64,000 nt of DNA from a bacterium (GTDB taxonomy: Bacteria > JACRDZ01 > JAQUKH01). This document shows positions 8,301 to 16,171 of this stretch, in pieces. Where the stretch lies: NCBI GenBank assembly GCA_040754625.1, contig JBFMCF010000083.1:5604-69603 (forward strand). The letters are read 5' to 3'. Under the pieces are notes generated by a model. It was not told the DNA's origin, did not search any database, and saw only the letters and a list, made by a program, of their open reading frames with translations. A program made the position numbers and the translations under genes. Positions within the stretch are counted from its first letter, which is position 1, and every line of letters starts with the position of its first letter.

Positions 8301-10882
8301 TAATTACTGTTATGGTGCCATTTATAATCTATAGATTTATTAGGGGCGATCCCCTCTTTTACATGGCAGGCAAAGCAGATCCCTGAAGCAGGGTCCGGGT
8401 TCGGGCCCCTGGGGGGTTTTGCCGATAAAAAAATGTTTATACTATTATGGACAAGATGGCACCCGGAGCATGGCCCGGATTCCAGGACGGTATTGTCCTG
8501 AATGTTTTTTTCAGCCGGGGCCTGAATGGATAAGTCGTGTTTTGTTCCCAAAACAGATTTTTCTTTAGGATGGCAGTCTAAACATAAAAAGGAGTTTTTG
8601 TTTGAAATTTTCAGGAAACTGTTTTCTCCTGTCCCTTTTACAATCTTTCCTTTTAAAAATAGGTTGACATCGATAATATAATCACCTTCATGGATGTCTG
8701 CTATAGTTTCAGGGGATAATATTTTTGCAAATGCTTTAAAAGTTTTAGCGTAAGGATTATATTTTTCTACTATTATTTTTGTTATTGTTACATTTTCTTC
8801 ATCAATAATTACAAATATCCTCCCGATTTCGGTATCATAATTTTCTTTAAGGTTTATATAAATATAATCTCCCTGGATAAAAGCAACTTCTCCAATATAG
8901 GCGAGGTCCACCTGCTCATCTGTAAATTTTTCTTTTTCGAGTTTTTTGATGTCCTCCCTGGTTGATTTTTGCAATTCGGTTTTTGTGAAATATTCAGGGT
9001 CCCACAGGTGTGGGTCATGACAGGTTAAACAGGTAATGAGCCCATTCCTGTCAACAATGCCGTCAGAGTTATAAAGCGGAAGACGAATGGGAATACTATT
9101 ATTTACCCGGATATTTATCCGGTGAGAAATTTCTTTAACAAGAGACTCCTTTGCTATGCCGTTTTCATTATGACAGCTTTGGCATAAATTGTTTTGCAGG
9201 ATGCCTTCTTTAGGTAATTCCCTGGCCCATTTTGTTGAATCGGACGCGTTGTGGATAAGGTGGCACGCGCTGCAGTTCCCGGAGGCCTCTATTTTATTAT
9301 TTTGTATATTTAAAGAGTAAGGGGCAATCCGGGTCATATCGTGATTGGAGTTTGCAATAACGCCCTCTTTTTTATGACAGTCGGAACAAAGTTCGCTGGA
9401 AAAATTTGCCGTTTTTCTTAAAAAACTGTTTTTACCGGTCCCTTCTTCTTCAGTTGCCTGGCCGCCTTCGGTATTTGACGGGTCCCATTGATGCACATTA
9501 TGGCAGGTCGCGCAGGTGATATTCCCGCTGACAAGTTTTATCCCGTCTTTCGTATATAAAGGTAAAGTTGAAGTTAAGTTAAGTGTTAAAATGGGGACAT
9601 TTATCGGGTGATAATAATTGCCGATAAGTTTGTTTTTTGCAATATCGTTTTCATTGTGACAACTGTAACACAAAGCTGAAATGACATCGTCCTTCGAGAT
9701 TATCGTTCTTGACCAGAGCTTTATATCATAGGCATTATGGACAAGATGGCAGCCCGCGCACGCACCTGTTTCCTGGACTTGCCCGGAAGGCTTATTCTCC
9801 GCGCCGGTGGATACCGCAGAAAGGTCGTGTTTTGTCCCGATTACCGCCTTTTCTTCAGGATGGCATTCTATACACAGCTCGGTCTGCTTGTTTTCCATGC
9901 GCAAAAAATTTTTTTTGTCGAAATGAGGGTCATGACACGTGGTACAGGAAAGTGTATTGTTTTTTGACAAGGTCAGTCTTTTTTGGGTTTGAGGCGTAGA
10001 TACAAGATTTATATCTACAGGATGATATATTTCCCCGATTTGTTTTTTAGAGGCGCATTTGTTGTCAGCGTGGCATGTGGCGCATAAAAGTGTGGCGGTT
10101 TTTTCTTTTTCCGGGTCCAGCGGTTTTGACCAGAGCATGAAGCTGTTCCCGTTATGTACCGAATGGCAGGCCCCGCAGATACCGGACTCTTCCGCTGTTT
10201 TTCCCAATATGTTTTTTTCACCGGGCGCGGAATTGACCAGATTATGAGAAGTGTTTATTAACTTGTCTTTATCGGGATGACAGGTTAAACATAAAATTGG
10301 TTTTCCTTTTTGAGACACAATGGTTGTGGTTTCCGGCGCACTATGGATGATATGGCAGGCGGGACATCCCTTTGTTTTTGAGGCGGTTTCCTTTTCATCT
10401 TTTTGTTTAAAAAGATGGGTAACCGCGACCTCGCCTGCTTTGTTAACATGACAGCTCTGGCAAAGAGATTCAAGCGGTATCCGGAAAAAACCGGGTTCCT
10501 CGACCTTCTTTTTTGATATTCCATGGGGCCGGTGGCATGTCCCGCAGTAGATTTTTTTGTCTTTAGTCAGCGGGAGGTTTTCCGATATATTAGTTTGCGG
10601 AGATTGTTTTGTTATTATTGTATGGCCTTTGGCAATAATAGAATTTCTTGAGTCGCTTACTGAACCGTCGTGGCATGTATAACACATTTTCATATCGGAA
10701 GATAATATGTCCTGCTTTTCGATCAGGGAATTATCTTTTGTTAAGCGTTCAATATGGCACAGGGCGCATTCTATTTCTATCTCTTTGGATTTTTCAGCCC
10801 ATGCATTGGAACAGGTAAACAAGAAAAATAAAATAAATATAATTTTTTTCACCCAGCTCTTCCTTTTTTCGTTAATGTCCAA
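2366..10882 (-). CDS. Giant secreted multiheme c-type cytochrome (2838 aa, about 22 CxxCH) with parallel beta-helix, repeated Ig-like modules, Pro/Thr/Lys-rich linker and C-terminal SPOR-like peptidoglycan-binding domain. The track start is TTG at 10882; an in-frame GTG at about 10852 preceded by AGGAAGAG gives a more canonical signal peptide MKKIIFILFFLFTCSNAWA.
   Basis: 22 CxxCH motifs counted in the first ~935 residues (CALCH, CYTCH, CGTCH, CQSCH, CPACH, CLTCH x2, CGACH, CATCH x3, CTTCH, CIECH, CAGCH, CYSCH, CSDCH, CSACH, CQSCH, CLDCH, CSGCH, CFACH, CNECH). Hydrophobic signal peptide. PbH1-like N/I/S-rich repeats. Six copies of a ~45-aa module ending G-x-K-IY-x-RF-KD-x-x-GN-I-S. C-terminal YAYVKKVIINGMIWYTIRSGLFNDKKDAEKHGEKL resembles SPOR. 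Confidence 0.85.
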   Translation of the reverse strand: MDINEKRKSWVKKIIFILFFLFTCSNAWAEKSKEIEIECALCHIERLTKDNSLIEKQDILSSDMKMCYTCHDGSVSDSRNSIIAKGHTIITKQSPQTNISENLPLTKDKKIYCGTCHRPHGISKKKVEEPGFFRIPLESLCQSCHVNKAGEVAVTHLFKQKDEKETASKTKGCPACHIIHSAPETTTIVSQKGKPILCLTCHPDKDKLINTSHNLVNSAPGEKNILGKTAEESGICGACHSVHNGNSFMLWSKPLDPEKEKTATLLCATCHADNKCASKKQIGEIYHPVDINLVSTPQTQKRLTLSKNNTLSCTTCHDPHFDKKNFLRMENKQTELCIECHPEEKAVIGTKHDLSAVSTGAENKPSGQVQETGACAGCHLVHNAYDIKLWSRTIISKDDVISALCYSCHNENDIAKNKLIGNYYHPINVPILTLNLTSTLPLYTKDGIKLVSGNITCATCHNVHQWDPSNTEGGQATEEEGTGKNSFLRKTANFSSELCSDCHKKEGVIANSNHDMTRIAPYSLNIQNNKIEASGNCSACHLIHNASDSTKWARELPKEGILQNNLCQSCHNENGIAKESLVKEISHRINIRVNNSIPIRLPLYNSDGIVDRNGLITCLTCHDPHLWDPEYFTKTELQKSTREDIKKLEKEKFTDEQVDLAYIGEVAFIQGDYIYINLKENYDTEIGRIFVIIDEENVTITKIIVEKYNPYAKTFKAFAKILSPETIADIHEGDYIIDVNLFLKGKIVKGTGENSFLKISNKNSFLCLDCHPKEKSVLGTKHDLSIQAPAEKNIQDNTVLESGPCSGCHLVHNSINIFLSAKPPRGPNPDPASGICFACHVKEGIAPNKSIDYKWHHNSNYFQLENKPQLKKPVFPLPFFDTGTAVNFDLGIVSCATCHNVHQWDSSNAEIISQEEGDGQNSFLRVKNPANQICNECHTSPVKKIMTLLAFESAQALIPEYVSEWYEEEIPLTVEITSLANNQIINNPEQTIQGTISDTSLTVATLILNEDSLPVEVKEGSFSSIIKLKEGKNNLKMTITDKKSRIASSQLLNITLDSTPLNIISYVYPRPVKLSNEFKIKVVFNKTIDTNFPPVITLIGNGRVSPLVGKGGEIKSTSQTNDTYITPDILLDENMAGEITIVVSDARDPAGNIIKKVAEENFILKPERGFNLDKPDSIIIEEGNFTFSPQINIKFNITEAEEMMITEDVTFKASQWQAFKPVKTFPLSSSEGEKIIYFKFKDSAGNISAPVTKICTFILPQGKQNLPQIIDTNLVLTRENSPYYLRGEITVGRDVTLTIQPGVQLLFSELKKRQVADEKEISVTEKPALIVEGKLIARGEKDKEIEFDIQSASPQTGDWKGIIIKGVQENIFEFCKINFADIAVTLDKSKAVLTNSIFSKNNTAVSAANNSLLKIESSKIENNKNEGIILLNSSGSIIKNEIFENKTGIFCDDVSSPSIMNNYIMNNEIGINCQRGSSPQIANNTIMENTNIGLKIAFLSSPALVNNLIAKNKNEGIYLVESSPLIFKNLIRDNKTGILCEKFSRKFLIQNNSIFNNKEFNFYLKNFNNDLDVMNNWWGTDKPNFIELYFYDKNTDETLGQLIYKPILPAPILSESEAALALTDTQKPKIESVSIPKTARINPKFHIKFELNEPINPYIEPKLYIKNLSGGKNPVTSNNNWAFSDNKFSNNILTTPDIILDTTMSGENEVFIENIQDLSGNTIGLTKIGSFELKTNVGIENGEITKEKEINIILNNPQASEIQISENASFENIEWIRYTELLPFTLSGPAGNKQIYVRFKDGEGNISDPEKLMINYDNIAPEITNSILPEDIKTLRSFRIKLIFSETLDINTIPKIILVINNKDKIPVLEQGGYFASENGFNNIYFSSSIPLKDSLAGNIDFEIENVSDLAGNKMQTASLTGFIYDILPTEIKSALIKEGVYTNKKEIHILMSAIKASSMQISENPSFLESKWIKYSNNTPFVLSSASGQKQIYIRVRDEEGNISKTVTLNTNLDLTKPSVISYNYPNPVTLNSDLVISVIFDESLDTTIIPEVILISTGTENPLVSKGGSFSRSNTPTSLENDTYTTPPVSLSPGMGGAITIVVKNASDLAGNIMDIISEETFQLDTFPPILNNFSAEREYTKENTVNLIISSDDAEFIMLSTNEILDTTAEDLWRSYIDFAPFPLSEEQGRKKIYLRLQDQFGNISEPFKVEVIVDKTSPQNLFYKFQYNPENSSLTLSCVFNESMDISRNPQITFIGLGENTPKIPAGGTFSTSIIQNDTYTTPPVILKENMTGEIIIVINEAYDMAGNNISTTAKASFFYSPIFPIITATIPMEEIFTFTPWVNLYIYAYNAKYLTASEDPDFSNSPWVPFSERFSFNLSEPLGEKTIYFKFKDDNGNISYVSNIKIENIAPPKDFIQNSEKIEIVPQDTTTAREITIKTKFENYNYQKVSENPFFENARWEAKKSEFQYTLSPGYGEKIIYFWLRDEVGNYSDIFSKKIFLNVPTPSKASILQKVSEGITTTKEAVSSLPEKTIDITQKVINLPIEAVKKVTQAIIPSKTDTTVIQKTPDTTKTPPPEASLPAKGLEMAAALPEKTIDITQKVINLPIEAVKKVTQALIPLKTDTTASGPTAVPDKKQDTAGEPLYAPVVPKLPETSKQKPAETAAVNIEPMEITGTAKTVPAKESKTSKEPVLPLTEKTAGLLQEKPVETTTAKAETLKMTDTGVYKEPVSAETKKEEITKLVYVPPKKIKQIWTIEVASDKNKDWASNFSDKINKTDSRNYAYVKKVIINGMIWYTIRSGLFNDKKDAEKHGEKLKQQFEEIKEYNIVPIK
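2369..2600 (-). other. C-terminal SPOR-like (septal peptidoglycan-binding) domain of the 2838-aa cytochrome.
   Basis: Last ~75 aa: WTIEVASDKNKDWASNFSDKI...YAYVKKVIINGMIWYTIRSGLFNDKKDAEKHGEKLKQQF. The alternating hydrophobic pattern and length match SPOR domains. Confidence 0.5.
3010..3294. repeat. Two about 97-bp direct repeats (3010-3106 and 3198-3294, period 189 bp, ~90% identical, 47-bp perfect core) inside the C-terminal linker of the 2838-aa cytochrome. They encode the duplicated peptide LPEKTIDITQKVINLPIEAVKKVTQA.
   Basis: Identical string tcaatgggcaggtttatgaccttctgggtgatatcaatggttttttc occurs at 3042-3088 and 3231-3277. Confidence 0.85.
6125..7040 (-). other. Right-handed parallel beta-helix (PbH1-like) repeat domain inside the 2838-aa cytochrome.
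   Basis: Recurrent 22-25 aa N/I/S-rich units (NNSIFNNKEF, NNTIMENTNIGLKIA, NNLIAKNKNEGIYL and similar) ending NNWWGTDKPNF. Confidence 0.55.
8067..10770 (-). other. Heme-binding region of the 2838-aa cytochrome (about 22 CxxCH motifs, interrupted by one ~120-aa non-heme insert).
   Basis: CxxCH motifs located directly in the translation. The last one, CNECH, maps to about 8067-8084. Confidence 0.8.
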
Positions 10883-11025
10883 ACTAACTGATTTTACCCA
10901 ATCCTTCCTTTTTATTCATTCAGGAAGGGCTGGGTTCATTTGTTATATATTATACCATAAAGTAATTTAAAGATTATCCTTCAAGCAGGGACATAAAAAA
11001 ATAATAAAAAAGTAATGTAAAATAT

Positions 11026-11060
11026 ATTCTTGACCGATTATAATAATCATTGATATAATA
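11026..11060 (+). promoter_or_regulatory. Candidate sigma70-type promoter (TTGACC ... TATAAT-like) in the 239-bp AT-rich divergent region between the minus-strand giant cytochrome and the plus-strand NHL/cytochrome operon.
   Basis: ttgaccgattataataatcattgatataat lies upstream of the AGAGG Shine-Dalgarno sequence and ATG at 11122. Confidence 0.3.
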
Positions 11061-11121
11061 AAACATTCCATTCTTATAAATTTCGGAGAAACCAATTAAT
11101 ATATTTAGAGGTATAATAATC

Positions 11122-12132
11122 ATGGCTGAATTAAATAGAATTTTGGTTTTGGCTGGCGTGATAATTTTTTCTTCTCTGGCGTATTCGCAGGAAACAACGA
11201 CCGTTTTGGATACAACTATTCGGAAACTGGACACTGCAAAAGCAGAACCGTCTCTTCCCGTAAAATGCACACAGGTTATTAATATCGGATATCGTATAGG
11301 GGGCCTGGCTGTTGATTCCAAAGGTAACTATTATGTAAATGGGGGGCGGGGTATAAACGCTGTTACAATTTTTAACCCGATGGGAGAGAAAACAGGAGAT
11401 TTTATTTTGCAGGATGCCCAGATTCCTCCGCCTTCTGAAAACCAGTCGTCGATTAGAGGAATTGATATCGATCTTAATGAGAATATTTACCTTTGTAACG
11501 CAGGTTATAAGACAGTAGAGAAATTTACAAAAATAGGAGATTTTCTTAAAAAGATTTCCCTGCCTGTAAGCCCGAAACCGGAGTGGAATTATGCGCTTGG
11601 AGGTGTGGTTGTTGATGAAGAGGGTACCATCTATGTTGCCGCATACACCAAAATTATATATATTTTTGACAAAGAAGGAAATTTTTTAAGACAGTGGGTA
11701 AAATCGGATAAGGAGAAAGACCAATATGGTTATGTAAGGGCATTGGCGATTGACCGTTATAAAACCTCCAAGCTAAAAAGGATTTATGTGGGCGATGATT
11801 ATACTAACAGAGTTTATGTGTTCACTAAAAAGGAAAGAAAATTACTTTTTTCTTTGGGAAGCCGCGGTTCTAGTCCGGGTGAAATGCTGGATATTACTGA
11901 TTTAGATGTTGACAGTGACGGCAATATTTTTGTGTTGGACCGGGGGATGGGGTATTGTTCGGTTTTTAACAATGAAGGTAAGTTTCTTTTTAGATTCGGC
12001 CAGGGCGATAAATCGGGAGAAAAAAATTTAGCTTTCCCACTGGGTATTTTTATTGACCAGAAGAATAAAATACACATTTCTAATACTGAAAAAGGAAATA
12101 TTTTGGTTTGGGAATGGAGAAAAGATAAATAG
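11122..12132 (+). CDS. Secreted NHL-repeat beta-propeller protein.
   Basis: Signal peptide MAELNRILVLAGVIIFSSLAYSQ. Repeated NHL-like blades (YVGDDYTNRVYVF, IFVLDRGMGYCSVFNNEGKF, IYLCNAGYKTVEKF). First gene of the plus-strand cytochrome operon. Confidence 0.75.
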   Translation: MAELNRILVLAGVIIFSSLAYSQETTTVLDTTIRKLDTAKAEPSLPVKCTQVINIGYRIGGLAVDSKGNYYVNGGRGINAVTIFNPMGEKTGDFILQDAQIPPPSENQSSIRGIDIDLNENIYLCNAGYKTVEKFTKIGDFLKKISLPVSPKPEWNYALGGVVVDEEGTIYVAAYTKIIYIFDKEGNFLRQWVKSDKEKDQYGYVRALAIDRYKTSKLKRIYVGDDYTNRVYVFTKKERKLLFSLGSRGSSPGEMLDITDLDVDSDGNIFVLDRGMGYCSVFNNEGKFLFRFGQGDKSGEKNLAFPLGIFIDQKNKIHISNTEKGNILVWEWRKDK

Positions 12133-12154
12133 CGATTAAAACCTGGGAAAAATC

Positions 12155-15100
12155 ATGTTTAAAAAAAGCATATTTTATTTAACGTTTTTTGTTGTTTTAA
12201 GTTTATTTTTTATATTTGGAGAAAAAATATTTGCAAAAGGCCCGCATACTAATGAGTCCACATATACCGGAACAGAATTAGCCGGTGTATGCGCGGCATG
12301 CCATGTGCCTCACAAGGCGGTGGGGGACAGGTTATGGCCGGTGGGTTTAACAGATACAACAGGCAAAACAACTATTCAGAACTTATGCACATATTGCCAT
12401 TGGCAGACAGAGCTCGATGCTGACCAGGATAGTACGGGTACTTTTTATCTGGGAAAATATCAAGCCCACATTTTAGGCCGGGCGCATGGCAGACACGGTA
12501 TAGCTTATAAAGATTCTACAGGTGCGTATGAAAGTCCGATAATAAGACGTTACGGCCCGGGGCATTTATACCGCAGCAGTACAATTACAAGGGATGGAGA
12601 TGCCGTTATGGGATATGAGAGCCTGGGATATCCCGATTTCGAATCAATCGCGGTTTATGCTGATCCTGATACTACGAACAATGATAGTGTATCGGTATTG
12701 CCTCGTCTGTCCTGTACGTCCTGCCATGACCCGCACGCTGAATACCTTGCCGGAAATTACAGAGACAGACAGGGAGCGCAGGAAACTTATGAGTCCGCGG
12801 CTGATAATTACATCTTGAATATTGTCGGAGATTATGAACCGCTTTCTACGACTTATTATTCTGCGAGTGTATTTGGCAGGACGAGATCGGTGTGCATAGC
12901 CTGCCATGGGACATCCGGGAGGCCGTCAGGAACAGTAATAGACGGGTTAACCCCTCCTCTTCCTCCTCCCTCAATGGGAGACCATAGATTAGGTTCAATA
13001 TCGAAATGTACGGGATGTCATGCATGGGACTGGCCGCCTGCCAATTGCGACCAATGTCACGGCCCGAGCGGGCCAAGTGTTAAAAAAGACGACCATTATC
13101 CGCAGGATTATTATAATAATACCACTTATACAGCTTTTACAATAAGAGGAATTGGGGCTCATGACACCCATGTCAAAGGTGAAGAATATGCCTGTATGAT
13201 GTGCCATCCCAGTCCAACCGATACAACTCATAATAATGGTATAGTAAACGTGGTATTTAATACGGATTATATTTATATTGACGGGACTACTTATGTTACC
13301 GCGGCAATCGGTTTCCCGGGCGGAACGAAAATTAGAGACACTGATACCTGTAAAGTTACAGGGACGGGCGAAACAAAAGATATCAGATGTATAGTTGCAT
13401 GCCATGATCCCGTTCTCGGCGGGGTAGTCGATAACACCACTGAGGTTTTGTGGCCTACGGTCGCAGTAGGAGAAATAGGGAATCCTTATGCGACAGCGAG
13501 TATTATCAACCTGGACAGCCTTTATACAATTCTTTCCTGTATTTCCTGCCATGAAGCAGTCGGCAATATTTTTAAGATATCCAGCGCTTCGGATTCCTCA
13601 GCCCATCCTTTTATAACAGCGTCTGTTATTACGGAAAGAAACTCTTGTGAAATTTGCCACAGGGACCACCAGTGGGTAACATATAATACCACTAAATCCA
13701 GATGGATGGGAAAAAGTGACCCCTATACGCTTTGTGACACCGTAAGATATCATACCCATACCAGCAGGTTCGATTCAAGTTCTGATGTATTTAATAAATA
13801 TGGAAATACAACATCAACTTTTGAATGGAACCCGTTTGTATTTAATTCAACGGATGCAAGAGGTTTTAAAAATCCCTCGATAGCGGACTATTCAAATGCG
13901 GAAACAGTATTGTATCGTTTTCCTACACGGTTTGGGACCACAAGTTATTATAATACGGTTTATAATATATATAACGAGGGTTATAATACGGTTGGAATAT
14001 GTGACCCATGTCATGACAGGACCCCGTTTGAGATACTTTACGGGACTGCGATTCGCCATGATACCACTGTTGAGCCGAAAAATTTAGGGTCTACTTATTA
14101 TTTCAGAGGGCCCAAGGCAGCCGCGTTTTTTTACGAAAGCGCCCTGTACGATTCTGGCGGGATACTCGGGACTACCGGGATCGGGGGACACGGACAGAGT
14201 TTAACCCAGGTAAGTAATCATAGAATGGGCGATTCGAGGCTGCCCGGTGTTGTTGATGAACAACGGGTGAAATGCCGGAGCTGCCATCTCTATCATGGTT
14301 CCATGATACCCAAAATACTTGATACGGCGGCAAACCGGCCGCCGGATGTATATGCCACAACCGGAGCCCCGGGGGCCCTGGCGTATGCTACGACAGGAAA
14401 TGATAATAAGTTTTGTTACCGCTGTCATTTTTTTGTATATGATAATGGTTTTTATTCTTCAACAATGTATGAATCATCAATACACGGCGATACAACGCAG
14501 CCTAACTTTATAATATGGTCTGATACCACCAGGATTGGGCCTTACGCGCCTTCAAACGGGCATCCTGAAAGTTATTACTGGAAACCCCCGAAAGGAGACA
14601 CTACTTACAGGCGGGGTCTTTGTATTTATTGTCATGAGCCTCACGGCGGTTACGGCTGGGACACTAATGTATTCGATACACCGGGATTTTCAAGTTTTAC
14701 GCGCGCAGGGACGAGAGGATCGCGCGTTTTCGGAGAGAGATATGGAACCGCGGTAAACCTTGGAGATGAAATCCTTTGTTTTAAATGCCATACTTTTGAT
14801 TCAACATGGAATGTATTCGGGGAAACCGTGTGGTCAACCCCTTATTATGCCGGCAAGGTTTATAATGCGAAAGACTGGTATGATAAGGGTGATACTACGG
14901 TCAAGAATATAAGCGAATACTTTGATACTTCAAATGGAGGCAGCCGTCATCGTGTTCACAGGAATGAACAGGACACTACGCTTGGCAACACTGATTATCT
15001 GATAATCGAATGCATTAACTGTCATAACCCGCATACAGTCAGGAAAGATACTACACATGACAGTGTGGTAACAAACCTGATGTATCCTTTCAAGCCTTCT

Positions 15101-16099
15101 GAATTTATATATGATACCGCGGTAACGGACAGCACAAGGGAATACAAAGTTTATAATAAATTCTGCCTTGTCTGTCATGATTCAGGCAGTGAGGTTAATT
15201 CAGACAGCGGTATGATTTATTTAGACAGTTCCCTTGATACATTATGGGGAAAACTTCCAAGGGGGATAAAATTTTCAAAAAAAGTCTATTGGGGTGAAGG
15301 AGATACATCATCCCCGGATGATACTACCCGTTTCCACAGCTGGAACAAAGAAAAATACTATAATTCAACCGGGCATGGTGTGGATTCCACCCTGAATATT
15401 GGCGCCGATTATGAAACTGACCGGCTGCCGATGGCCAGGCGCGGATCATACGGCATGTCCTGCGCCAGGATAGATGAATTTGCATGTCATGACCCGCATG
15501 GGAACACCACCAATATATCTCTTTTAAAAACTGATGTTAAGCACCCGGCTGGGTTTAATTATAATACCCCGCATATTTATGATACGAGTTATAATCCAGC
15601 AGATGAGCCGAAGACTGTTGACAGATGGTGCGCGGCGGCATGCCACCAGATAGGAATAAGAACAGGTGAAAGAGATTGGTCCCATGCCTATACATATGTC
15701 CGAAAAACGAGTGACGGCCCCTGGGACAGCGGGATATATGATTATGGGACGGACAGCAGAAAAGACATTGATATATATGACACGGGAGGGACCAATGAAC
15801 CGGGGATGGATAATTCAGCGGATAAAAATCAGGATACTTCCACTTCCTGGATGCATTCTTCTTTTAACAGGGTGCCGGGAGACGGCAATAACTGGCCTGA
15901 TGAATCCCAGTGGGGATATGATACCAATTACAAGAATAATTTGCCGGCAAAATCAGATGCCGGGAGGCGTTTTGTGTGTTTTACATGTCATGACCCGCAT
16001 GGGACAAAAAATCATGGAATGATAAGATATAAATTTAATGATGATACGACTGATCCGAACAGCAATGAATTATGCACGAGGTGCCACAAGTATCAATAA
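12155..16099 (+). CDS. Large secreted multiheme c-type cytochrome (1314 aa, about 19 CxxCH plus 2 CxxxCH).
   Basis: N-terminal hydrophobic segment. Motifs CAACH, CTYCH, CTSCH, CIACH, CTGCH, CDQCH, CMMCH, CIVACH, CISCH, CEICH, CDPCH, CRSCH, CYRCH, CIYCH, CFKCH, CINCH, CLVCH, CAAACH, CFTCH, CTRCH. Thr/Tyr/Asp/Asn-rich composition. Confidence 0.85.
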   Translation: MFKKSIFYLTFFVVLSLFFIFGEKIFAKGPHTNESTYTGTELAGVCAACHVPHKAVGDRLWPVGLTDTTGKTTIQNLCTYCHWQTELDADQDSTGTFYLGKYQAHILGRAHGRHGIAYKDSTGAYESPIIRRYGPGHLYRSSTITRDGDAVMGYESLGYPDFESIAVYADPDTTNNDSVSVLPRLSCTSCHDPHAEYLAGNYRDRQGAQETYESAADNYILNIVGDYEPLSTTYYSASVFGRTRSVCIACHGTSGRPSGTVIDGLTPPLPPPSMGDHRLGSISKCTGCHAWDWPPANCDQCHGPSGPSVKKDDHYPQDYYNNTTYTAFTIRGIGAHDTHVKGEEYACMMCHPSPTDTTHNNGIVNVVFNTDYIYIDGTTYVTAAIGFPGGTKIRDTDTCKVTGTGETKDIRCIVACHDPVLGGVVDNTTEVLWPTVAVGEIGNPYATASIINLDSLYTILSCISCHEAVGNIFKISSASDSSAHPFITASVITERNSCEICHRDHQWVTYNTTKSRWMGKSDPYTLCDTVRYHTHTSRFDSSSDVFNKYGNTTSTFEWNPFVFNSTDARGFKNPSIADYSNAETVLYRFPTRFGTTSYYNTVYNIYNEGYNTVGICDPCHDRTPFEILYGTAIRHDTTVEPKNLGSTYYFRGPKAAAFFYESALYDSGGILGTTGIGGHGQSLTQVSNHRMGDSRLPGVVDEQRVKCRSCHLYHGSMIPKILDTAANRPPDVYATTGAPGALAYATTGNDNKFCYRCHFFVYDNGFYSSTMYESSIHGDTTQPNFIIWSDTTRIGPYAPSNGHPESYYWKPPKGDTTYRRGLCIYCHEPHGGYGWDTNVFDTPGFSSFTRAGTRGSRVFGERYGTAVNLGDEILCFKCHTFDSTWNVFGETVWSTPYYAGKVYNAKDWYDKGDTTVKNISEYFDTSNGGSRHRVHRNEQDTTLGNTDYLIIECINCHNPHTVRKDTTHDSVVTNLMYPFKPSEFIYDTAVTDSTREYKVYNKFCLVCHDSGSEVNSDSGMIYLDSSLDTLWGKLPRGIKFSKKVYWGEGDTSSPDDTTRFHSWNKEKYYNSTGHGVDSTLNIGADYETDRLPMARRGSYGMSCARIDEFACHDPHGNTTNISLLKTDVKHPAGFNYNTPHIYDTSYNPADEPKTVDRWCAAACHQIGIRTGERDWSHAYTYVRKTSDGPWDSGIYDYGTDSRKDIDIYDTGGTNEPGMDNSADKNQDTSTSWMHSSFNRVPGDGNNWPDESQWGYDTNYKNNLPAKSDAGRRFVCFTCHDPHGTKNHGMIRYKFNDDTTDPNSNELCTRCHKYQ

Positions 16100-16171
16100 G
16101 CACGGGCATGAATAATTTTTTATGAAACTTCCCAATAATGTTTTAGGTATATCTGGTTGGATGAGGGGAAA

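Noticed and set aside
12594-15178. Short ORFs on both strands inside the 1314-aa cytochrome gene (for example 12995-13552 on the minus strand, 185 aa).
   Set aside because: They are embedded in a clearly coding region with >20 in-frame CxxCH motifs on the plus strand. No independent support.
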